Shown: positions 1 to 13,899 of the stretch, in pieces
Layout: each line of letters begins with the position of its first letter
Position numbering within the stretch: position 1 is the stretch's first letter
DNA from: Euglena gracilis
Taxonomy: Eukaryota
Length of the DNA stretch: 64,000 bases
Direction: 5' to 3'
Assembly: GCA_039621445.1 (NCBI GenBank)
Contig: CP154954.1
Coordinates: 43,689,847-43,753,846, forward strand
Position numbers and translations under genes: made by a program
Notes under the pieces: generated by a model
Database searches by the model: none
What the model saw: the letters and a program-made list of their open reading frames with translations, nothing else
Told to the model about the DNA's origin: nothing

Positions 1-24
1 GCTTCCTGCAGGCGACGTCTTCAG

Positions 25-3000
25 GTGATTTTCTGTCAGTTTGGCGCTGCGGGGGACTCGCCAGGGCGGGCCGCCGCCCTCGGGTCCCGCCGCAAGCCGC
101 TCACGGTGGAGACGCTGGTGGACTGCGTGCGGGCGTTCCTTACGCTGCCCGTCGAGGATGCCGCCCTGCTGGCGGTGTTCGCCGTGCCGTCCCACATCGT
201 GTTCCGCTGCTTCCAGACCCCCGGCTGGCTGGCCCGCGCCGTGGTGCCCGGCGGCCGGCGCGGCCCACCGCGTGGGGGGGGGGGGCACCGGGGCCGGCTT
301 TGGTCCAGCGACGCCGGATGGCTGGGGAGGAGGGGAGACTGACGAAGTGCGGTGTGGGGGGTTTGGGCTCCAGGACCAGAAAAAGTTGCTCTGGCCTTTT
401 CTGGCCGGTGTGCAATCAGGTGTCTTGGCTGGGCCCGGGAGGGCTGTGGCTTTCCATACAGGGGCCTGCAGGCCGTTGAAACCAGCGTCGTACAATGAGG
501 AAGTGCTGCGCACCGTCCACGTGGAGAGCACAGGGGCCATGCCTCGCAGTGGCCATGCCTCTTTCCCCGGCAGCAGTTCCCCAAAGGGAAGGTTAGTCAG
601 TTAGCAGAAGGTTGCGAAAGTACTTCAACAAATGGAAATTAATTTGATCACTTTTTTTTGACTTTCAAATGTAATGTTTCTAATTGCCTGCCTCCTTCCT
701 GCCTTGGCTCCCGTGGCCCCAATCTCAGACGATGTGCGGCGGGCTCTGGAGCACCCAGAAAACCGCACCCTGCGTTCTCTGCTGAAGGACTTCCTCATCG
801 ACACAACCAGGTCAATTCTTGGGGGTTTGGGAGAACGTGCAACAACCACGTTTTTGAACGAAGTAATGTTGAAAAACAGTGAAAGATATGCAAAATGCCT
901 GATTGAGGAGCATGTTGCTACCCCCCCCCCCCAAATCTCCCAAGCCACCACCTTCTGGACGATGAGGATTTCGCACTTATCCCAACTCGGGGAAATTCAA
1001 GATACTTTTTTGAAATCGTTTTTTTGGGGGGGGTCGTCACAGTTGTTTTTTTTGCGAAAACAAACACAGCTGTGAAAATGGGTCCCTCCCAGTTGCAAAA
1101 GGACTGTTTCACCTTGCGCTCTTAAACATTAACCCTCCATACTTTTCTTTTTTTACCGGGACACAGGCCCACCTGGAGAGCCCAGATGGGTCTCTAGGGA
1201 TGTGAATCATTTGGTTGAAGTTTTTTTAGGCCTTTTTTTGGGGTTTCCCATGAAAGTGGGCAGTTGCATTTAGTATCAACTTCGGAAGTTGGGGGGTGGT
1301 TCTTCAAACCTGTCAGCAGGTTGGGGTTGAGGGTGGCGGTCAAAGGTTTCCAGTGACAGGCTGGCCGACGCCACGTTGCAGCAGTGGCCTAGGTGCAATC
1401 AACCAAAAGCCTGCCGACTTCTTCTTCTTTGCCAACGACTGGCTGGAGGCCACGGTCCCCTTTCCCCTTTCTTTTTGCCCTCAGGGGACACGATGGCATG
1501 ACTTTCATCATTCATGGGTCGTCTTTTTTGTGCAAAAATCCCAACAAAATGGATTATTTTTTGGCAGGTGTCAGTTGTGCGTCTCATGCAGCGTCAAATC
1601 GTTGTGAATATTGGGTGGGTGGGTGGTGTGTTTTCACATCTTATGTTCACTGTCGTGGTTTCACTCAGGATTGAGGAAACTGCATTTTTTTGGAGCCTCC
1701 CAATCTCTAAACAAAGTCTGGGTTGGGCACCCCTACCTGTGGTACTGGTCAGCAACCAGTCGCTTCTGGCCCACCAGGAAGCAGGAAGTTGTGTGCCAGA
1801 AGAGAATCGACCGATGTGTTTCCCCACCAACCCCCACCCCCCCCACCTCCCCCGAGCGGGAAAAACACAGCTGGCCTCCTCATATGGACCGGGGGACCAA
1901 CCCAACCCATGACCTTGCGGGTTAACGTCCATGCCGGGTTTCGTTGTTGATGGCCCAATTGGGTCACTGACGCCACAGCAGGCCCCCACCCTGGGCCAGG
2001 CTGAACAGGAACCCCCGAAACCCCATGGGGGGGTCCGACCCCTGCCAGTACCGCCCTGCCCCCGAGGCGGCAGAGGGGCCCGTGCCGCGGAGCCGCAGCG
2101 GGTTCGTCCTGCCCCACCAGCGGCGCCCCCAGCTCCCGGCCGTGCTGGAGTCGCCCACCGCCGGGGGCAAGATGGTGGAGCCCCGCCTGACCCGCGTGAT
2201 GCGGGAGTTCCTCATGTACCTCGCCGAGCGTGGCAGGCAGGCCGCCGCAGCTGACTCTCCAGCGATGGTGGCTGGGCTCTTCCCCTCGGCCCTTCCAAAC
2301 AGTGGGATATGGGTTGGGGTTTGGCAGCTGGGAACGACACATCTATTTTTCATGCGCTGGAGTCCGTGCGATATGTGCTGTGTGCCTGGTTGCAGCGTGG
2401 GAGAGCCGCCTGGTCCCAGGGCCCGGTGGCCTGGGGGCGGCCTGGAGGACACGTACGTCACAATGCACCTCCCCAAGGTCGGCACCACATCTTTCCAGAA
2501 GACGTTCTACGGACTGTCACGTGCAGCGCCATTTCCCCCTCTTCATCTCGGGCTGGGCTTGTGACAGCCCCCCCCTCCCAACTGCTCGACGGGTGCCAAG
2601 TTCCGGGAACCATCTTTTTTTGCCTTGCCCTCCCCCCCCGCCAGGTTATTTGGGCACTTCCAAGGGCAAGGCCCCGCCAAGTTTCTCAGGGGGGCGGGGA
2701 GGTTTCCTTTGCTGAAATTCAGTGGCACAAATCACCAGAAGTTTTCGGACAATGTGACCCGTCGTTAGTGAGATTTTTTTTTAATGAATGTTCAGCCGAG
2801 CAGGCATCCTCCAAAGGGATCTCTGCCACCTGTGACTTTGCGCCATTTTGGACCCAAACAACCCCCTCCCCCCAGGTGGATGGATTGTCGTCCCAGGTCC
2901 CAAAACCCTCTGGTTCACACGCCAAGGGAAGGGCCCTGCTGCCAGAAGCGGTTTGTGCTGGCGCTGGACTGGCTGCAGAACCAGTTGAACTTCCTGCCCA

Positions 3001-6000
3001 GAGGCTTTTTCAAGGTTGGTCACCCATAGCGGGTGGAGTGGGTCCCCCCAGGTGGGTGAGTGACCCCCCCCCACCCCTGGGGAGGGGTGGGGGAGGTGTG
3101 CCATGGGAGGTTTGGTTACCGTGGCGAGCCGCAGCCGGCCGAATTAAGTTTTTTTTTCCTCTTGAACTTTTGCTGGCACAACTGGCTGCCGATCCTACCA
3201 CAGATGTTGCTGGAAATACATTGGTTGGAACTGCGGCTGGCAGCAGCCAGCCACATGAATACAACCAGAGAATTCCCTCAGAGTACGGGTCTTGTGATCG
3301 CAATGTGTGTGCAAACTGGCGTGATACATTGGCACTTCAGGGTACCAGCTACCCCAAAGGGGGTCTGAGCCAGGCTGTATTTTAGTCAGGTGCCGACCCC
3401 ACCCCGGGGGGGGGGGGTTGAAGTCCCAGTGAATATGGGGTTGGATAATTATTGCGAGTTGCTCCGAAGAAAGGGCCAGAAGCGGAGTGCAGCGCCAGGC
3501 CTTAAACCAGACAGAAACCGAAGTGCATCCAAGGGGTGGTGCCTGCCTAGGCAGGCACTCCAAGGCACTCCAAATCTGACCCCCCGGGGGGGGGTAGGGC
3601 ACACGGCCAAAAGTGCCCCAGCACAGACCCAGCGCCGAAGGCGCCGGGGATCCCAAAATGGCCTATTTTCAAAGGAATGTGCCTGGGCACAGGCCGAAAT
3701 CCGACCCCGGGGGGGGGGGGTAGGGCCTGCCTGGGCAGGCACTCATGGGCACTCCGGACCCCCCCTCCCCCCCGGAGTTGGTAAAAAACAGCCTGGTCTG
3801 AGCAAGGCAAAGAAGGTGCTGAGTGAGGGTCCCCCTCAAAAGCAACGTTGAGCAGGGCAGGAGGTTCAACTGTTTGAATGAGAATCTTTTAACCCGAACC
3901 CTACCCCTTCAAATAGTAACCTGATCAATTCCTGATTTGTTCAATAATTGGTTGGGCTGCGGCCAGCCGCGACCCAAAGGCGATCCAGCCGCAGAGATGT
4001 GTCAACCTGTTGGGTGTAAAAAGAGGTTGTCTGAAGCCGGCCCCAATCCAACCAGTCAGTTGAGATGAAGCAGCTTGGCCACAGCCATCTGGCTGTGGCC
4101 AGCCAAACATGATCCAACCTCCCATAGCAACCCTCCCCCCCCCCCCAGCGGTGGGGGATCAGGCCGAGCGAATACTCCTGGAGGGGCTTTCCATTCTCGG
4201 CACGAGGCGTTTAAATTTGACCCCAAAATTGACCCCTCAAAGGTCCCCTGACCCAAGGCCTCTCGCAGGGGTGAGTGGGTGGGTGGGTGTCAGGCACCTA
4301 TGGCCGACCAGGGCCGACCAGGGCCGACCAGGGCCGACCAGGGCCGACCAGGGCCGACTATGGTTTTCAGGACCCCCGTAGGTGGGGGTTCCGATCAGGG
4401 CCGACCAGGGCCGACCAGGGCCGACCAGGGCCGACCAGGGCCGACTTGCATGTGGTTGGCCGACCGAAGGGGAATGGATGAAGGAATTCGGCAGCTTTGC
4501 CTCTGGAACAAGCACCTCTGATGATGCTGGGCGATGCAGGGCGATGCTGGGCGATGCTGGGTGATGCTGGATTTTTGGAGACCAGAGGTGGGGTTCCGAC
4601 GCTGGGCGATGCTGGGCGATGCAGGGTGTTGCTGGGCGATGCTGGCATTTTTTTTGTATATTTTGAAGAACTAAACCCATTTTTGGATAATTTTCTCACA
4701 AATCTCCAGTTTTACACCCATTTTGGCCATTATGGATCAGTTTTTGCTAATTTGGGGGCTATTTGTCACTGATTGGGCAAATATTGGGCTAATTTGGGTC
4801 AATCTGAGCATTTTTTTATGGAATTTTGGCCATTTTGTGCCCTTTTGGTGATTTTGGGTCATTTTTCACAATCTTTTGTGGATTTTGTTGGCGTTTTTGG
4901 GTAATTTTTGGTTATTTCAAGCCATTTTAGGTCATTTTGGTTGCTTTTGGGGAGCCAATGGAGGCTTTATGGGGCATTTCCTTTTGACCTTGGCGAGACA
5001 ATTCAGAAGACCATTGCATCCCTTCACATTTTTTTCTGTGACGGATACCCCCACCACCGACTATTTGCCGACCAGGGCCGACCAGGGCCGACCAGGGCCG
5101 ACCAGAGCACCAAAATGGGAAGTGACCATAGGTGCCTGGTGGGTGTAGACCCTGGTACAAAAAAAACCCTCTGTTCCTGCCGCGGCTGGACGACGATGGG
5201 GATGGGCAGGAGGACTGTGAGCCTCCAGCCAGCATGGGGGAGGACCTTGTGGAGCACCTGCCCCCACCCCTGCCAGCGGTGGTAGTGGTGGTGGGGGGTT
5301 TGGGGCAGGACAGGGGAGGAGGGTGAAACATACTCCATCTGCAAGTAGCTTTCACTGCTGCCCAAAGAGGCGGGGGGGGGGTGTGGATTATGACTGGTTT
5401 CGGGTCACAGTCCCCCGCAGGTTTGGCATGCTGACTCTGAACACACCATTAATCCCCTCTTCCCCTTTTTTTCGACGCCATCCCTGGGGGAGGTTACTGG
5501 CTGGTTTTTTCAGGGTGACTGACAGGTATTGGGCCAGACCCTCCCGAGGGGCACCTGCCACCAAAGGCGCTGGGACTTTTTTTTTTGGATAAAATCTAAT
5601 GTATTTTGGGCCAAAAAAAATTGGTTTTGGTATTATTTTTTTTGGCCCAAATGACCAAAGTGACCGCCCCCCCCCCCCCCGAAAAGTGACTGACAGGTTT
5701 TTTGAAAGCAGAAAGTGACCCTCCCCCTCCCCTGGGGGTCGGTAAGCAATGGCATGGTTTGGACCCTCCCCATCTGGCTTTGCACGTGAACCTGCTCCTC
5801 CACCGACTCAGCGAAGTCCGGCTTTGGTGGCATTTCCCAGTGTTGACAGCTTTTTCTTGACAGCGTTTCACCCCCCCCCCCCCAAATTCTGGGTTTCCCC
5901 TGAACGTTGGAAGGTTTGTGTGAAGGCCCAGTGCTCGTCCCACAGCAGCGTGGGTGGGGAACAGGCTTCTGCTTAAGGGATTGCAGTCCCCCCCCCCCCC

Positions 6001-9000
6001 CCCGGGAGGGCTGGACTGCAGCTAGTCCAAATTTGGCTAGTGGGATTTCTAGCAGACCCCCCCCCCTGGGGGGTCTGCTAGAAGGGCTAGCTAGCGGATT
6101 TTTTTCCCCAGTGACCAGTGCGAAGCGCCAGAAATTTTTTTGGGACCCCCAAAAATGGCCAAAAATGCCCGTTTTTGGCCATTTTTGGGAATTCTTGGAA
6201 CAAAATCAGCCAAAAACCCATTAAAAACCTCATTTCCACCTCGGCGCGCAGCGCCGGAGGAAAACGTTTTTCCAGTTGGGGGGCCCCCGGACCCCCCCGG
6301 GGGGGGGGAGGGGGGTCTAGCTGGACCATTTTTTCCAGTGTCTAGCCGATTGGCTAGCCAGTCCCCCCCCCCCCCCCCGGGGGTCCTTAAGCAGAAGCCT
6401 GGTGGGGGAGGGACTGCAGGGGCGGGCGGCCATCCAGCACCTCCCGCTACCCCTTCACCACGAGCCCGCTCCTGACGGTGCTGAAGCGGCTGTCGTTCCA
6501 CATCATCCACCACCGCTCCCTGCCCGCCCCCTCCCCCTCCATGATGCTGGGCCAGGGCCCCCCTCATTCCGGTCTGCACCCCGGTGGCTGTTCCACACCA
6601 GGGAATTTCTTAAGCCGGAGGGTACCCTACCCCCCGGGGGGGGGTCCAGCCAGCCAGCAGCTCAAATCCAGTCAGCAGCCCAAATTCGGGCTGGGCCCCC
6701 CCCCCCCCCGGCCGGGGGTCGACTGAAATAAAGTCGGGTCCAGCCCGGCCGGAGGCCGGCAGCCCGGCCGGAGGCCGGGCCAGCCGGCCGAAGGCTGGGC
6801 CAGCCGGCCACAGGCTGGCCAGCCAACTGGGCTGCCCAGCTCACCTATCCCTGCATTTTTTCCCCTCACCACAGCTTCCTCCATCACAGCCCCCAGCCTT
6901 GATCTAGCTCCATCCACCAAAATGTCGAAAATGGCAAAAATGTGTTAGAAAATTTTGTTTTTCACCGACCCAGCCCAGCCCAGCCCCCTCCAGCCCCGGC
7001 CCCCCCTTCCCCCCCCACCCCCCCAGGGGGGGTCCAGCCAGCAGCTCAAATCCAGCCAGCAGCCTTTTTGCCAGCCGGAGGCTGGACCCCCCCCCCCCCG
7101 GGGTCCTTAAGGAATTCCCTGTTCCACACATCGGATCGCCCCCCCCCCTGTGTGCACTGTGGCTGTTTTTTTGGTGCCTTTTATCCCCTCTTCTGGCCTG
7201 GCGCTGTTGTTCGCCTCTGGCTCTTCCCCCCCCCCCCCGGCAGCGACGGCGGCTGCTCTGGCGGTGTGGGTTCGGGACTGGGGCCCTGTGGGGCGACGCA
7301 GAGGTCATCCTGATGCATGACCTCCGGATGCCACTGGCGAGCCTCAAGGTGGAGTCCGGCAACACGTGGCTGCAGAAGGTGGGGCTGTTCCTGATGGAGA
7401 GGATCCCCAGCTCCCACCCGCTGACCGGCAACTCGGAGGTGACCGGCATGAAGACCACCTACGCCCAGGATGGCTGCAGGGGGGGGGGGGGTTGGGGCTG
7501 GGAACTGCCATTCGCTTTGCCTTGCCCCACAGTGCTGTCACCGGGAAGGTTTCCAGAGAACCACAACGTTGCCACTCTTCCAGCCATATGGGTCGAACCC
7601 CCCCCCTCCCATTCCAACCAAACACTCTTTGTCTTTGAACCACCCCAGGTTCTTTCCCATGTTTTTTTGAAGGTTGCCTTTCTTTGGGTCCCCCCCCCCC
7701 CCCCCCCTTTAGGCAGCCAATCTCACACTCAAAATTTCTCGTGTTCCTTTCCACGTGCAAAGGAGCGCAAAGTTTGTTTTAAGGGGTCCAGGTATTTGAG
7801 GGTCCAGGTTCTTGCCCGCTGCTTTTCCTGTTTGGAAATTGCCAGTGCCAGGTGGTGTTCTGGAGACTGGGTGAAAGGTCCACCTCGAATAACATTAGAC
7901 GAGAGCCTCTTTGAACGACCTCAAACGACATTTGAGGAGGCTCTCGAGCCTCCTCGAACGAGCTCAAACGCCTTTCAAGCAGGTTCTCGAACCTCCTCAA
8001 ATGTCGTTCGGACACGTCCAAGGAGGCTTGAGAGGCTCCTCCTGCAAAACATCCTCCTCCCCTAACCCTGCCTGGTGTCTGCCTGCCCCTCACGTCCGAC
8101 CCACAACCCCAGCATTTGACCGATGGCTCAATCCGCGCATACCCTGGGGGGTGTCCATCCGCTGGCCAGCAGCACCTCCTGCCCGCAACGAGGCGAAGGG
8201 CCTCATTGGCCGCATGTCGGACGAGGAGATCTACGGCACGTTTGCCACCATCGTCGCCTCCGGCTACGGCAAGGCGGTGGGGGCGGACCTCAAGCACGGG
8301 GAGAGCAAGGAGAACCTGTACCCGTTCATCGCCACCATGATCCACTACCTCTCCTACTCCCCGCAGATGGAGGGGAGAGGGCGGGGCGCAGCGGGCCCCC
8401 CGGGATGGTGGTGCCGCCCTTCGCCCAGCGTGTGACCTTGTGTAACCTTGTGCCCATTCCACGTTGTGGCATCACATTGGCAGGGGTTAAGGCCGCCCAG
8501 CCTATCTGTGGTCAGCCATCTGTTGGATCTGGTCCAAGTTGATCATCTGAGTTGATCATTTTGTTTACATGGAACACTGTTTGCTGGGCCACCTCCACAC
8601 ACTTTCTCCCGAGCTTTTGGGATACAACGCCAGCCAGCATTCATTTCTTTGACATTTTTTGGGTTTAGGTTTTTTTTTATTGGATCGATTTTTTTTAGAT
8701 TTTTTTTAGATTTTTGGTTGTTTTTTTATTAAGAAATGGAGGCTTGTTGAAAATATGACCCTCATCGTGGCGTCATTTCAGGCCACCAATGCTGTAGAGC
8801 ATGCGCACCGCCCTCCGTTGCAACTGTTCCAAATCGTGCGCTCCCGCCAGCTATCGGTGCTGCAGGACCAATTGAAGGAGATGGTGGTTGAAGAGGACAA
8901 GGACTCCACGAAGATCAATGAGAAGGCACTGTTTCTGTCAATGCGCAACCAGCATTTCCTCACCCTCCTCATGGAGGCAGCCAGGGAGGCGCCATGGGGC

Positions 9001-11999
9001 ATGCGTATGAGACTGCCGCTGTTGATGCGTGTTCAGCCGACCGCCATTAAATGGGTCTGTATGAAAACGTCCTCCCAGAACACCTGGTTGACGGTGTATC
9101 GCAAAAAAGAATTTTTTTTTGACAGGCTGGACTCCAAATGGATAATGCAAACCTGCTTAACGCACCGACGCACAGTTGGGATTCTCTAGGCCACGTTTCA
9201 CTGAAATGCCTTCGCGGATGGTTAGTAACCTCAGGGACGGCGGTGCAGTTTGGGGACAGTTTGGCCAGGGATGCGCCAAGGCCTGCGTCGAGGGCCCCCC
9301 TGCCCCGTCTCTCTTGGGCTCCAAGGACATCGTGCGGGAGCTGCTGGATGCGGGGGCCCAGTCCAACTCCGTCATCCAGGAGTCCACGCTGCCCTACGTG
9401 TTTGAGTACCTGGTCGACCAGGGCTGCCCCTCCCTCCCCAATGGGGACACGGCTTTCCGTGCATTTGCGGAAGTCTGCAGTCAAAAAAATGTTCGAGCCA
9501 CAAAGTTGCAGGGATTCTGCCAGTTCTTGTGGGTGAACCACATGTGGAGATGGGGGGATTTCCAGTCAGTCAAATTGTCCAGCCTCTGAGCTGGACCCTG
9601 GAGTCGGTGTTAAGAAATGCCCTGCCCCTGTATGGTTGACATTCATGGGTTTTTAGGGCAGGCTGGTTTGCAGGACTTTCCCACCGGCGTTGCAAGAGAC
9701 CCTTGGGGGGGGGCAGGAGGGTCCAGTTGGTGAGGAGGGGGGGGCCTGCCCCTGAAATCCTGCAGCACCAGCAGCTGCCCCTCTTCCAGTGCGATGAGTG
9801 CGGCCAGCAGGTGGCGCGGGCGGACCGTGAGGTGATGCTCCAGAAGGGGTACGGGGCAGTGGCAGTGTGCGACCGCTGCGCCGCCCACACAAACCTTGGC
9901 AAGGGCCTCGGCCAGGTGTTCCTCCTGCCTCGCCAGCTGCTGCAGTTGGATGAGGTGAGTGGATGCATGGGTGGGTGGGTGGGTGTGTGTTGTGAGAGAG
10001 TGAGTGCGTGCGTGAATGTGTGTGTGAGTGTGTGTAAGTGTGTGTAAGTGCGCATGCCTGAATGAGTTTATGACTGTGAGCGAGTGAGCGAGTACGTGGG
10101 CGTTGCCGTGGGAGGTGGAAACGTGGGGTTGTGCTGTGTCCAGCCGCATCCGCGGCCACCGGCCAATGTGATGGCGCCTTAGCCAGCTGCCGTGCCATCC
10201 CATCGTGACTGATGTCGTTATTTGAGGACATAGCATCAAATTAAGATTTGCATACAAAGAGTTCAACCATTGCCACTCAACCTGTAAACCAACTGGTCTA
10301 TACGTGCGTGCATACCTACGTGCGGAGTTGAGTGAATGAGTGAGTGAGTGGGTGGGCATGGGTGGGGTGGGTGCTGGATGAGTGAGTGTGAGCGGAGTGA
10401 GTGTGAGTGCGCACGCGTGTGTGTGCAGGTGGGTGGGTGGGTGTATCTTAGGTGTGGTATTTTGGTTCGTTTGCACAACTGTGCAAAGTTCTCTCTATTT
10501 CACTTCCCCTGGTTTTTGAACTGCTGGTGACACACCGGCCCTGCATGTGCCTCATCCTGCCACGTCAGTCCCTCTCTGAGGATGCCCTGCTGGCAACTGC
10601 CAGAATTGCAATTGGGACTGTTGCCCGACCCACACGTCGCTTTGGAGCAGGGAGAAGGGAGGGCTCTGGCCTGGTGGTTGCCCCCCGCTGTGTGTGCCAC
10701 TGGGATTTTGCGCCTCATAAATCACACATTCATCACATGCGCGTCACATGCACGTCACGCGATATCATGCAGGAGCATTGCTGACCACTGTCGATGATTT
10801 TTTCCCCTTTCCCCAGAGTTCGCAGGCAAACGTCAATGATGGACGCTTGACGCTGATGCCACGGTGGCTGTTGGTATCCGCAATTCGCCACAGACACGCA
10901 GGTCCCCATCCTCTTTCATCTCGGCGTTAGTCTGTCCCATATGGACTGCTGGGCCCAGTGGGTACCACAAAGGGGTTTTTTTAGTCTTGGACCCCCTCCC
11001 CCGGGGTGGGGAGGGGGGTAGGGTGAGGGTCACTTGGACCCCCCTCCCCCCTGGGGGGGGGTTGGGGCTGGTGTATGTTTTTCGGCGCCGAAGGTGCCGA
11101 AAATTTTAAAAAGGTGCTATTTTTAGCATTTTCGGGTAAAAGTGGCTGGGTCCCCCGGGACCCCCCCCTCCCCCGGGGGGGGCCACCCCTGGGGGTGGGT
11201 GGGTGGGTGCCGACCCCCTCCCCCCTCCCCCCTGGTCTCAAAAAAACCCCGGGTACCACCTCCCCCTGGGGGAGGGGGCCGTGGCCAAAGCGACGGGTGC
11301 CAGGGAGTGCATCCTGGACTTCCTCGGGGAGGGGATGCGGCGGGAGAAGGTGGTGAAGTGCCCCAAGTGCCGCCACCCGACCACGAAACGCCACGTGGAG
11401 CGGAAGCCGAGCGAGACGCCGCAGCCGGCGGCGACGTGTGCACCGCAGGAGAAGGAGCAGGCTTCTTTTTAAGTCACCTGACCCCCCCCCCCCCCCCCCC
11501 CCCGGGGGAGGGGGGTGGGTGGGTGGGTCCTGGCTGGACCCCCCCGGGGGGGGGGGTTCGGGACCGGACCCCCCGGGGGGGGGGGGTCCCGCGCCAGAGG
11601 CGCTGGGTATACCTTTTCGGCGCGAAGCGCCGAAAATTTTTGAAAATTGCCTTTAACGGGCCCGATTTTGGGGGGGGGGTCCCCCCCCGGGGGGGGGTCC
11701 CGCGCCACCCTGGGTGGGTGGGGGGGGACCCCCCCTCCCCCCCCTCCCCCCCGGGGGTCTTAAAAAGAAGCCTGACAAGGAGGAGGAGGGGAAGGACGTA
11801 GGAGAGGGGGCGAAGAGGGACGAGGCGGATGCGAACGAGGACGACGACAACGAGGAAGAGGAGGCCAGCACCCAGGACAGCGACAGCGACAGCGACGACA
11901 ACCCGTGGCGGACGTGTGACGCATGCGACGACGTGCTGCTGGAGGAGGAGGGGCAGCACTGCCAGACGTGCAAGTGGGGCCGGGGCGACCCCAGCCTGG

Positions 12000-12046
<47 letters not shown>

Positions 12047-12705
12047 GCTCATTTATGCCCCGCCACAGACTGCGTTAAGGGAAAGGGTGGATCGTTGCAA
12101 GCTCCATCCCCCCCACCAATAATAAACGGTAGAAGGACTCCGACTATTAGTGCAACCCTTTTTGAGTTTCCACTGCCCTTGTCTAAGCACCAACCTTGTC
12201 TGAGCCTCCCTGGTTCTAACCCATCGTTTTACCAAATCAAGCTGAATTATCCAAATTTCGAGATTTTTCAGATGAAAATACACCTCAAGAAATGTTTCCT
12301 GGGAAGATATAAGTTCTTTGCGATTTTTTTGTGTCCTAATGACTTCAATTTGAACATTGGACCTACGAAAAGGAAGGGAATTTTTTTTTGCTCGAAGCGC
12401 CAGGTTGTTTTCAGTCACGTCCCCCCCCCTGTCTAGGCACCACCCCTGACTCTTTTCCACATATTTTGGCTAACCCCCATGGTTATGCACTGTCTGGGAG
12501 ACAGGACTGCGAGCGCCTGCACACACTGCCGACCGGTGTGGAAAGGAAAGTGCACTACAAAAAGGAAAGTGCACTGCTCAAGGGACTTTTTTTTTCAAGT
12601 GTGTCGGCAGACCCTGTAATGGTCCATCCTTGGTCTCGCTCAGTGCGCGTGCGCTCACCCACCCACCCACCCACCCACCCACCCACACACACAGACACAG
12701 ACACA

Positions 12706-12769
<64 letters not shown>

Positions 12770-13029
12770 CTGAGGATAAGACCTCCGCTGACTGGGTGCT
12801 GTCCCGGGCGTCGAGGCTGGGACGCTGACCCAACAACAGCGCACCTGAGAAGAGCAAGGGGAAGAGAAGGCTCAAGACGGGGCCCAAGCAAGACGACCCA
12901 AGAAGGGAGTCTGGGGAAAAGGCCGGTGAGGGTCCCCACTGAGGAGCCCCAACCCCACCGTGCCGGGGCGAAACTCCCTGTCGACAACTTCTTCATCGCG
13001 GAGTACGATGCAAGAAAAGAATACCGATT

Positions 13030-13115
<86 letters not shown>

Positions 13116-13863
13116 GCACGCACTCACGCACGCACGCACGCACCAAACTTTCATTAGTGCTCTGTGGAATTTTTTTTTCTGCACCGTGTGCGCCACGGCA
13201 CCGGAAACAGGTTTTTTTTTAGTCGTGGACCCCCCGGGGGGGGGTAGGGTGGGTGGGTCCGGCCGAGCCCCCCGGGGGGGGGGTCCCCCCCGGAGGGGGG
13301 TGAGATATACTTTTCGGCGCCGCAGGCGCCGAAAAAATTCTATTTTAGCACTTTTCGCGATTTTTCGGCCATTTTTTTGTGGGTCCCCCGGGATCCCCCC
13401 CTGGGTGGGGGGGACCCCCCATCCCCCCCGGTCTTAAAAAAATCCCTGACCGGAAATTTTGTGACCGTATGCGCCGCGGAAGATTTCTTTCTGTGCGCCG
13501 CTGCGCCGCGGCGTCGCCGCGTGCACCGCGGCAGCGCCGCATGCACCGTGGCATGGCCATCCCAATTATCCCGCGGGTGCGTTGTTGGTGCACCTCGGCA
13601 GCGTTTCAGGTGCGCCGCGGGTGTGCCGCGGCAAAAATTCGATTGTGCGCTGCGGAATTTTTTTTTGCGCCGTGGCAAACTTCGCCGCGGCGCACTAAAT
13701 GAAAGTCTGCCACGCACGCACGCACGCACGCATGCACACACGCACGCACGCACGCACGCATGCACACACGCACGCACACACGCACGCACGCACAGACACA
13801 CACACACACGCACACACACACACACGCACAACGCCCACACACACACACACACACGCACCACAG

Positions 13864-13899
<36 letters not shown>

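Noticed and set aside
6402-6480. Programmed frameshifting or RNA editing at frame breaks (also ~11280, ~25570, ~40238, ~55940)
   Set aside because: Most breaks fall in or next to G/C homopolymers, so assembly error is simpler; reads are needed to decide.
12001-12043. Poly-Cys/poly-Ala coding run
   Set aside because: A (CTG)n microsatellite that probably lies just inside the intron after the ZZ-like exon.
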